A stretch of DNA of 64,000 nt from Perna viridis (Eukaryota): contig CM074520.1 of the NCBI GenBank assembly GCA_037379345.1, forward strand, positions 5,642,001 through 5,706,000. The letters are read 5' to 3'. The notes beneath the pieces are model-generated. The model searched no databases. It saw only the letters and a program-made list of their open reading frames with translations, and was not told the origin of the DNA. The translations under genes were made by a program, and so were the position numbers. Positions 52,601 through 64,000 of the stretch are shown one piece after another (position 1 is the first letter of the stretch; each line of letters opens with the position of its first letter).

Positions 52601-55600
52601 CCTGAACACTATCATTTTCCAGTAAGAATCTACCTTAATTCCATATTTTGATATTGTATTAATTAAATAGCTGAGATTGTTTACTTGTAAACAAAATATG
52701 ATATTGCTTCATGTATAGAAAGATCATGTCTCTAATAGTTCCTAGCTATAATGAATAGTAAGGGCATCTTGACACTTGAGGACCAACAGGTAATTCTAAC
52801 TTAACTTATTGAATTATCATCAAAATTGATTATAAATAACTATTTTAACATTTGAAAAGACAAAATGGTTTAAACAAGACATTATATTACATCAGTAAAC
52901 TTTGGTGAAGAAAAAAAGCATGACATGGAATTTTTCAGATTTTCTAAAACCCCTCATAGAACCCCTTCTTTATCCAATTACAACAAAGTGGTGTCAATTT
53001 TTGTGTGTAAAATTGATTTATTTCTGCCCATTGATTGATGACCAGGTGGAGATCTTATCCAATGGTCAAACAGATCAACATCACATATAAATACAGAATT
53101 TTCACAAAAAAGTTAAAAAATAAAAGTTTATTGGCAATGAAAGAAAATTAATTTTGGAAATAATTAAAACATTTCGGTAATTATTACATTTTCAGTGAAC
53201 ATAGCATTCCATATATAAAAGTTTCAAAAAGAAGATACTGAAAGAAAACACAAATTACAAAATTTAAATAATAATAATAAAAAAAATTAAAATTAAAAAA
53301 ACAGAAAACATAATATCAAAAATTCAAACTTACATGTCATATTTGAATATTTTATCTTACTTTTTTGCTCTTTGTCCATGTCTAAGGACATCATTAAAAT
53401 AACTATAAATATAGAATGAATAAGATAAAGGAAGAAAGAAAAGAGAGTAGTACATTATGACAGAAAAATTCTGTAGTGTCCAAAATCTTAAGAAAGAGAA
53501 TCAGAGCTTAAAATGAAAACTACTTGTGAAAAGAAAACAAATCCTTGTTACATTTTCTTATTCAAGCACAGAAATCCCAATATAATGAGAAACACACTAA
53601 CATGGTTATTTACATACAAAAAAGGGGGAGGGGTGTTATTTTCACTCCTTTATTTGATTTTAACAGTTCTTAGCTTCTCACAATGAACTGTGATAAAAAT
53701 TTAACCATGATTTGGATATATCTATCAATTTGATAAAGGGCCCATAATTCAATTAGGCCCTCCAAGGGTATATTTATCTCCCAATTAGAAAGTAAATAAC
53801 AATATGTTAAAATGAGCATGGCCCTTTATTTTATAACATATCATTAAATTGAGATTTGCCAACTTCTCCAAATGTGAGAAAAGTGACCACTGAGGTGAAG
53901 GTTACTCAACCTTATGTAATACTAACCAGTAAGATTTAGTATAGCCTTAAAATTTGTTTAATCTCATGTAAGAACAGTGATAATTATAAGATTTCAATTT
54001 ATAATGTACGCAAGAAATTATATATTAGTGGGTAAAATTGATTGAATAAATATTGAAAACTTGAAAATCATTTTAACATGAATTAGAACTTTTGTTCTCA
54101 TGGGACAATTTACTCCTCTTAGAAGTATTGCAGCCCTAATGAATTGGAAAATCTTTATCATTGAAGTTAAATGGACAATTACAACACATTTGATGAGATT
54201 TTCCACCTATCAATCTTGAAGATAGCTTTCATTTATTTCTTTGATGCAAATAATATTCATGAATCTTTCCCATACAAAAGAGAACATTAAACTTTAGTAC
54301 TAAGGGATAACCTGCCTAAACGTGAATGACCTTATTACACAAAGACTTGTTGATGTTATGGAATTCATTCCTCTTAAAATAGATGTATTTTAATACAAAT
54401 GTAGTAAATTTGACCTTTGTTGTTAATGCTGACATTTGAGCCTTACACCAGTTCAGAAATGTCCCTTTACTCCTCAATTATGAAAATACTCCAGCTAAGA
54501 AGCCCACAATTTGCTGTTTAATTTTTTTCTTGATAAACCTATTTTTTATGGACAACAATGCCTTCTTTCCTCAATATCTGATCAGTTTAAATAAAGCTGA
54601 ATAAAAAGTATCCTTAATTGACCATGTATAAACTTTTCACCTTTCGGCATTTTATAGGAGACATCCCCTCTATAATTATCTGAACTTGCAATGAAAAACT
54701 GCAACATATATTAGTATATGCTTTGTAACATTGTGATAGTAATTTTGTACTGAAATACTCCTGTATCAATGATAGCAAGATCTACAACATGAGTAATGCA
54801 CCTTTTATATCTATTTCTAAATATTATCATTACAAAGGATTTGTCCATCATAAAGTCACCGAGGGATATCATTATAAAAGATATCAAATTTGACCAGCTT
54901 TAATGCCACCTAGCGATAAGGGATAAAGGTCTAAAACAACTTAAAAATAAAACAGAAACATAAGAATAGCAGCCAAGCTGAGAAAATATATCTTCTCCAT
55001 AGGATAAGCCTGACTATACAGTCAACACAGTATGGGGATATGATCGACATTAAGGACTGGTTTACAATATAAATAAATAATGCTTTTCTTTGCCACTTAG
55101 GCAAACTTATCAAAATAAAGTATAACAGGTGTGAACAACAATATGAACAATGCGGAAAAATTTATCATTTATAACACTAATGACAACTGATACTGCAAAA
55201 CATTAGCTTTAAACTGTCATATAAGCTATAAAGCTTAGAACCATTTGTTTAATTCAGAAAATTCAATGTTCATCAGAATGATTGAAATACAAGATTAAAA
55301 AGGACAAAATATATATGTGCAAACCTCTTATAGCCATTTTATATCTTGAAATTCTTCTCCAGAAACAAACCATCCCAAAAGTTGCAAAAATCTTTTTTTT
55401 TCATCTATATTTAACTGCAGTCTTTGTAAAACTAAACACCAATTTTACAATTTTTCAAAAAAAGATAAAATCTCGACTTTTTTTGCTGCAAGCAGAATAC
55501 AAGACTTCAATCATTGGGGCCAAATGTGGGGTGATTTTGTAAATATCCTTACTTTTCTTCATGCATTTTTTAAAAAAAATTTAACTTTTTTTAACCTCAT

Positions 55601-58600
55601 AAAGATGCATTGTTTATCAAAAGACTCAGAAGTTCTACTTAAATTGAAAGTCAAATTTGATTTTAAAAAAAAATCCCCATTTTGGACCCCAGTTCCAACT
55701 ACAAGGGATAAATCTTGGATAAAAGTGTAAAGAACTGAACCTAACAGATAAAATCACACACCATGACATAGCAAGGACCCAAAGGGCTTAAAGAACAATA
55801 GCATAAAAACATAGTCCAACATTGAAAAACTGTAACAATTCAAACAGATATAAACTTATCTGGAATACAATCTTTTTGAAGTTTGGATTTAAATTGTATT
55901 TAGACCAACACAAAAACACTTCCTATGTTCAAACAACAAAAGAATCTGTTACAAGACATGATTGCAATTGACCATTTAATAAGATAGGGGAAGTAACTCT
56001 CTAATTTTAGGAAATCTGTTATCTGATATCATTAATTGAGATGAGGAACAATTTAATGAAAGTGACCAATTCTACACTTTATCAAACTATCTTTTTCACT
56101 TCTCTGTTTTTTAACAGTCAGTTTGCCCCAATCTATACACTGGCTCAGAATTTAACATTTTAGTAGTAAACATTTCAATACTTGACATGTACCATTTTAT
56201 TGTACCCTTCAACCTTACAACATGAGGGCATAAAAACTGTTCAGAATAGTTACATTGTAATAGTCTCTGTAATAATTGACCCCTTTTACACTGCTCTGTT
56301 TGGACAATACAAATTTTTATTACCTCCCTTATTTTGAGTGTTTAACTTAATATCAAGTAAACATGCAATGAGCATTTAATGTCCTATTATAAAACTTGAA
56401 GTAAACTATGTTTACTGCTATTCAACAAGATCAAGTTATTATAGTGGGTACTTAAAATCCTTCACAATAACTAACACCCAAATGTTATGAAACAATAAGA
56501 TTAACCCACACCTGTCCATTTTCATAACATCCCAAGAAAGGGAATGTGGACAAAATTTTAGCTGTGTCTCTTAAATTAGAGATCACTGTACATTATAAGT
56601 GGCTGTTTTGTCAACTATTGTGAAATGGACTGTCCACCCTGGAATGATATCCCAGTATGCAAAAGGAGTTAGACATGCAACAATCGATCACCAATTATGC
56701 AGTTTTAGACATTCCAATTAAAGGACACAATGAAGGCCATCTGCACAAGAATAAATTTCATTCATGTGTGTAAAACTGTCGAGTTATAATTTTTTATATT
56801 GATTTTTGAAAAAAATGTAAAAAAAAAAGGCTGATGTGGATGACATCAAATTAATTAAAAAAGGAAGCATTCAATAGACTATTTGGATTCAGCAGATTTT
56901 AGAAATTTACATGTTTACATAAACAAGCATTAAACCATAAAAATTATTACCATAAATTGAGTAAAGGCTAAGATATAAATTTCCATATAGTTTAAATTTA
57001 AGAATGCTCAAAGAATAGTGATTTGGGAATGAAACGTTTTCTTCTATTTACATAGCTGTTCATTTCAGTAAAAAAGTAATCAATAATCATTTGAAGTCTA
57101 TTTCACCTCACTAGATGTGCAGGTAAAGAGCACACCTGCCCTGAACAGGTGAGAATGATGCATTTCATGCAAACAGACCAATTAGATCAATCTAAGCAGA
57201 AAATAGAAAACTTGGCCAAACAGGTGAAAGGGTTGAAATTAGCCAACTAGAAAATGTAAATGATATGAAAATAATCTGTCTAGATTTAATTCAATTGATC
57301 CTTGTAAATCTTGCACACATTTTAGTAGCATCACATTCATCTAAGTTGTCAACAATCTTAGTTCATGGATTTGCTTCATAGAATTTCTTAATCTGATCAT
57401 GTTCCTTTTGCCATTTTATGCGATTTATGGACCTTTTAAAAACAAATTTCACTTCAATCAGACCAACTGAATCAGAACTTTTAATTTTAGCAGGAAATGA
57501 GAAAATATAGATAAATTCACATCAATGAATTTGAAAATTGGATACAAATTGTCTTCAGATTAATTTTCAGGGACTGTTAACCATATATTTTAAACATACA
57601 TGGGAAACTATCCTGTTCAGATGTGAAGACCTTATTTTACGATTATCTGATTTAAATACAGTATAAGTCAATTTCTCAAAACTTTATATGAAATGTAAAA
57701 CTAATTATCTCCTGAACCAATTTTGTGCCTCCTTATATTTGCAATTTTCCTGCCTGTCAAAACAATCTCCCACCTATAGATTGGAACACAACATATCAAC
57801 ATGCATGTAAAATGACAACTTAGTATCACACTGGGCTCATGAAGAGCACCCTATCTCTAAAGTAAACACAATTGTTCAGTTTAGTACATATACTGTACCA
57901 AAACTTTCTAAACAGATTATTATTCATACCAACAATGAGTTTTCATTAAACCCCTTTATTAAACTAAAACATGTAAAAAATGCACTTGTTTCAAATCAAA
58001 GATGTTGGATGTACATGAATGTAAAAAAATATTTGGTTTTATTTGATGCTAGATAATTAGTTTAATGACACCTATAGTAAGCATTAACTTTTAATCTCCC
58101 TACTTCACACATGCATGAGAATCTGGGTTCACTTCTGAATGAGAATTAACTCACAGTTATCTTTAACATTTACAACTTAATACAGGGGTGATAACTAAAA
58201 TTGATACAGTTAGCCTATAATCTGTTCTGTCACCCTGATTAATTAGCATTTTTAATTAGGAAACCAGATGCAGTGACCAGATTTGATCAATTACACCATT
58301 GGTGCTGATGTGGTTCTCCTGGAAATTAAAGTGCCATCAACTTAATAGGTCATCAGAGATTTAGAATTATTTGAAATTTCAAATTACAAAACTTCTTGAG
58401 TGAAGTTTTGAATGGATAATTTACTTTAAAATAGATTTTCAAACATTTCCTCACAAACCCTAAATTTATACTGACAAAAGAAACAATACATACCATATTC
58501 ACACATATTTAAGTAAATGTGACAAAGGAAGTTGAATTCCCACAAAAGCTAATATCCTGACACCACATAGTGTGGTCACTTCAACAGTTTTTCTCAAAGT

Positions 58601-61292
58601 GACAATCTCTTTGAAAAGAACCAAGTGTCACTCAAATGTCATCACTATCAAAGCACCCAAAACACATTTATTTCTAGCTGATAATTTAATTACCTGACCC
58701 TAACACATTACCTGTATAAGAAACTTTGACCTGAACAAGTCATGTATTACCAATTAGACATTTAGTAGGCAGTAATTTGAGTGCTTATGACAGTCATAGA
58801 TCTTAGCATTTGAAAAAGTAATGATATGTGTCTTCATGGCTAATTTCACAAATGTTTCACTTTAAAGGGAAATTAAATCCAATGGGTTGTCTGGTTTTCA
58901 TTGTAAAAAATTATATTTTCCATCTGCATGAACTGACCCATGATACCATGTTTCAGTTCTTTAAAATTCACAATAAAATCCAGGTTTTATATACCTGAAC
59001 AATGAATAATTCACTGAATTATTTCTTTTTTTGAAACATGTTTATGATTTTGATCACAAGTTTTATGCTTACTTTATATGTTTTTAATGAAAGCCACACT
59101 TCTGTAATACTTTTGAAATCAAATTGGACATGGACAATTGAAGATAACATGCACTTGGTCACCAATATCATTTCTACTTAAATTATAATTATTTCTGTAT
59201 AACTTAAAACCCTTGTATATTTATATGATAACTAAGCCCATTCTGTTTCAAAATTGTTGAAAACCAATACATTTGTAATTGCTGAACTTAGAGGTGTGAA
59301 AAAACTTTTCTTTTAAATAAGAAGACATTTTCTACTTTTAACTGAAAGTACAAGCATATTTCAAGGTTCTCAGGTGATGTGAGGTTAAGACCATAAAAAT
59401 GTCTCTACATGTAAGATATGACCTGCCCTCAGAGATATAAAGGTCAGGGGACTTAACTCATTGTGTAATAACCATGTTCTTTAAGCCATTAAAACTGTCA
59501 AGTTATCCAATTTGATCAATCAAGATTTTATTTACTACAATTTTAAAATTGATATATCAGATTTTTAACAGTTATAATGCTCCTTGACATGACATATTTA
59601 TTTGAATTTAATTTGAAATGAATTGTGAAAAATAGCAGGCAATTTATCATAAGTTAGCATTAGAATTGCTCAGTGCTTGAGAACTGAGTTGAATTATTGA
59701 TTTAAATTATCATTTGATTATCAAAACTATAATACATTTGGTATTAAATAGATAATTTATCTAGTACCACTACATTTGATATACTGCCAGTAGAAATTGC
59801 AGTTTTAACATTTGAGTGCATTGTTCAAGAAACATGTTAATGCTACAGTGGTATTGTTTTCTGCAGAACATTTAAATGAGGTCTAGTTACAACCATAAAA
59901 AGGTTATCAGAATTAAAAAAAAATATATAAAATTTTAAGTATCCGAGTTATTATAAAATCTTTAAAAATAATTTTTTACAAAAGATAAATCTTAAAATCA
60001 ATATCATGTCAACTATAAAATACAAATTCCACCTGCTTCTTCCTATTATATATTAATTAGATATTTTATATGAAATCAGATATTTCCATAATCAATACTA
60101 TCTTGAAGAAATATTTTCTATCAATTTTTGACAGTTTCCTTTTTGTTTTAAAATGATCTTTTTTCTTTTAAATATAAAGTTTACACAGAAATATTTCACA
60201 TATAAACATTCTGATAAATGATGAAAAAAAAATTTACTTACAAGCTAGTCTTTGATGCATAGTAGACTGATGGCATAACTTGAACTGCATAAGGACTGTC
60301 AAACAACCACACAAGGGACAAAAGTCACAATCAATGTTATTAAGTCACAGATTTATAACAATGTCCTGAATATTTCACTATTTGTAAGTGTTAATACACA
60401 AGTCCTTTGAAGTTAAGTCACTTGGATGCAATCCAGTATTATCAATGATATGGATTGAACACTAGGATGCTTTTTGAAGATTACATCCTTGAGTTAAAGT
60501 CTATCTATATAAATGGTCCTTGGCTTGGGCTGTGATGAAAAATTGACCAAGCAAAAGTCACTATTACTTTACTATGAATGGCTTGTTTTCACAACATTCA
60601 ACTTTCACTATGAAGAATTATTATGACTGGTTGGTAAGAGCTCAGAATTAAAATGCTGTAAAAACATAACTATCTGGCTTCTTTTGTGTGATTGGATCAT
60701 GTGACATCAAAAATCATCAAGGTGTGAAATGTAAACATAGAAGTGTGGTGAAAATTACTCATCTGTGACCATCAGTTTGAAATTTTAGTGAAGATATGAA
60801 ATACTGGCTTCTGATTGGTTATTTAAAAATTGAATGACAGTTGGAAGCATTATCATTGAAATAAAAATACTTATTTTTTAAAATTTGATATTATCAAAAT
60901 AAATGAAACTAAGAACCTCTTAAAAGTTAAAAAAGTTAAATCAATTTATTTTACAGGTTTTATTCATTCAAATGATAAATATATAGAAAAAATGGGTTGT
61001 GGTGAGATCAAATCATTAAGCTTACAACAATGAATGAATAAATGTTTTAGCATACAAAGCAGCAATTTTTCACATTAATTGGTTCCTTCCCTTAACCTTC
61101 TGGGCTGAATTTGCTTTTTGGAAGTTTATTTCAAAAGAATATGTTTCCAAAGTATGAATTTAGGAAAAACATATCTTCGACTTATCATATTAGATACTGA
61201 AGTTAAATTACTAAAATAAATATATGTTTAAGCTTTAGTTAGTTTAAATTATCTTTATTTAAAATCTTGAAGATTATAAAAAATGCAAAAAA

Positions 61293-62468
61293 TTGACAAA
61301 TTAAGGAAGTATCCCAAATCTCTGTCTAGACCAACATAACAGTTTTTGGTAATTATTTTATGATGGGCACACTTCATTGATTGCCATAAAATCAATTAAT
61401 TACAGGTGTACAGAGTTCAAACAGAAATGTGACAATAGATAGTTATGGTGTAAGGGAGGGTGGCACAAGCCCTAGCTAGACTTGAGCTGTGTGTGTGGCT
61501 TCTTTATTATTGTTATGAAAACTGCTTTAAAATAATAAGGGCAATACAGTCAGAGAATTTGGTGTAAAATGACAAAAATGATTTTATATTGTTATATGCA
61601 GTCATGTTAAGTTTAGTGTTAGAAAACGAACTGATATTTTATTCCCTACTGATTTATGCTAAATTCACTATGATCATGCACCATGTATAGCATATTAAAA
61701 GCTTTATAAAAATATCCTTTCATATATGTGAATTTATTTTGAACATTGCTTTCATTTGGAGGTGTGTCCTGATCAAGGTGGGAGATGTAGATAAATGTAA
61801 TAAGCCCAGACTAGTCTGATAAAGGATTATATATAAAGAAGCCAAATATGCAATATCTGTTGATTTTGTTTGAAACTCAGGTAAATTTGACAATCAAATA
61901 AAAAACCATTGAAAAGTTGTTAAAGGAGACAAAATCAATCCTTTATATTAAGGATAGTCTCAAAAAGTATATAAATGTGGACCAACACAGGTGTTGTGGT
62001 ACTTTCTTAATGTTGGGGATCAGGTATCCTGCACTTACCATTTCTGGAATATTTTTTTTTTTTTAGGTTTTATGATAATTAAGGGAGGTGTAAATCATCT
62101 ATAGCCTGCTTAATCATACTTTAGGTATAGAGATAAAAGTAATACTTAGGTTAATTGATGAAATTAAATCATTTGTATACAAAATCTGAGAAAATTCACT
62201 ATTCATAATCCAATTTTGACAAATTAGGAAAGTATCCCAAATCTCTGTCTAGACCAATATTACAGTTTTTTGCAATTATTTCAAGATGGGCACACTTCAT
62301 TGATTGATATAAAAACAATTTATTACAGGTGTACAGAGATCAAAGAAGAAAAGTCACAAAAGATACCTCAGGTGTAAGGGAGGGTGCCACAAGCCCAGGC
62401 TAGACTGTGTGTGGCTTCTTGATTATTGTTATCAAAACTACTTAAAACTACTTAGCTGGGCAATACAC
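61293..62468. repeat. Diverged direct duplication of about 255 bp (61293-61548 and 62216-62468)
   Basis: Both copies contain aagtatcccaaatctctgtctagaccaa, gatgggcacacttcattgattg, ttacaggtgtacagag, ggtgtaagggagggtg.cacaagccc and tgtgtgtggcttctt. Confidence 0.9.
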
Positions 62469-64000
62469 AGTTTGAGCAAAAGGTGTCATATGTTGGTCAC
62501 CAAGTCTTTTTCTGTATTATAAATCATGATCATAGATACCCACATAATTGCAATCACTGAATTAAATAAAACTGAGCAAACATAAATATATTTAAGTCAA
62601 TGACAAGGGTTCTCAACTGCATGCATTTCCTTAATAAATATTAGCAGAGGCGAAATTTCACCAATTGATGAGGATTACAGAAAAATACATTCAAAAGAAA
62701 CCCAATTCATGCTGAAGTCAATCTCAAACTTAGTTTAGTTTTCACACCTCCAGTTATGGCATCCTCTTAGTCTGAGCATCTCATATTTGCTTGAATTATT
62801 TACATGAAACAAAATATCCATTTATCCTGAGACACCTTATTTGACCAAAATATTTATGAGACACCTAGCCTTTGACTTCACAAACAGAAAACTTAATTTG
62901 TGTTTGACCAAAATATTTATTTGACACCAAACCTCTTTTCCTCTCATCCAAAATCCTCTTATTTGACTAAAATATTAGAAGGACATTGAAACTACCACAA
63001 ACCAAATACATTTAATTGTGCCTACTTCCTCTCATAAGCAAGGTGTAAAAACTATAAATCTTTTTTCCTTTAGACAGATAGAAGGAAAAGAAGTTCCACC
63101 ATCTGAAAGAGATTATCCTAAGATTAGTAGTAAAATCTTAAAACAATCAGATCTGGTTTTATCAGAACAATTTAAAGTTTACTCCAGAATCTGATATGGA
63201 ATAATTCCTAAAGAAAACAAAAGATAGTAAGCTGATATGAAATATATCTCCTGACCATTTTTTGTCAAAAGACTTGAGGTACTTGGAAAGCAGCTAACAA
63301 CCAGTGCATGTTAGAAAATTTTTGACAAATTGGGCAAAAATGAGAAAATGATACCTTGGAAGCCTCCTCTTGTTCAAATTTTTGGAATGCAACCCTCCTT
63401 TTTAATGAATTTCTGAAATTACTCCTGACATCTACTTTCAAACCATACACTAAATAATAAGCATTTTGACAATATTTTTTTTTTATACATATATCAAATT
63501 GAATGCAGAAGATGAATAAAGAAAACTTTTATTTAACAAATTAACTATCAGTTTTCAGACATGATTTAAACATTTAAACCTAGGTCAAAAACAGACATTA
63601 TCATCAGAAAAAAAACCACTTCAGACTGACTGACCCTCTGCACACAGCAGGACAGATACCATGGCCTTTAACTTTAGTCATGAAGCTCAGCTCATCTTGA
63701 AAATCTCTAAATTGGACTGTTGTATCAAACCAAACAAGATTAAAACCATTCTTCCTATGAATATGTTATAATGAAAACAGGATGGAAAATAAAATGAAGT
63801 TTCTACTAAATTTATAGGACAAAATAACTTCTATCATTCATTCTCTGATTCATTTTATTCACTTATTTAACTGAACTGAAAAAGATGGGAGGATTTTCAT
63901 TAAAGTCCTTTTTGGTAAAAGTTTAGAAATATCTAAATCCTCTCCAACTTCATGTAAATTAGATGAGATAACAGATTAAAAAATGTCTTATATCTCTTAA

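Noticed and set aside
47355-63450. 60-90 aa ORFs in the right-hand region
   Set aside because: AT-rich random-like composition, no recognisable motifs, and no phase-consistent exon chain found by eye.
1-64000. tRNA, rRNA or snRNA genes, or an intact transposase/RT
   Set aside because: None recognised by eye; all RT-like sequence is frameshifted. A tRNAscan/Infernal run would be needed to exclude small RNAs.

Overview
AT-rich eukaryotic DNA with spliceosomal introns. The repeat landscape suggests a bivalve mollusc, probably Mytilus-like (inference). There is no prokaryotic content. The left third holds a head-to-head pair: an unidentified multi-exon gene on the minus strand (7 phase-compatible coding exons, running off the window start) and a complete 7-exon MRPL28 gene on the plus strand. 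The main observation is at 24-47 kb: a cluster of four highly diverged paralogous genes (A +, B -, C -, D -) encoding long Ser/Thr/Asp-rich, probably disordered proteins that I cannot assign to a known family. They share (i) a C-terminal signature, [DE][KR]xx[VM]x[RK]K[LI]xxFx[DE]x[FW]xxK...[IL]xTLAxL-stop, with BH3-like hydrophobic spacing; (ii) a patchwork of short motifs (PxA[SC]STM[IV], QEELLSRxxYY, RxxxGCE, FYNxxKxxPRTSTR, WSI, RxL(F)), nearly all present in the longest copy D; (iii) a TATA box, two short exons and one large terminal exon (clear for B-D); (iv) sense-oriented T-box-type sites near the promoter; and (v) a 3'UTR element TAGTGCT next to CPE/Pumilio-like motifs. D is preceded by about 17 kb of CpG-poor, repeat-poor noncoding DNA rich in CAGGT[AG]/AGGTGT motifs. 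The rest is degenerate LINE/PLE fragments, MITEs, a TSD-flanked retroposon with a structured 5' end, and minisatellites. All exon models and counts were made by hand.
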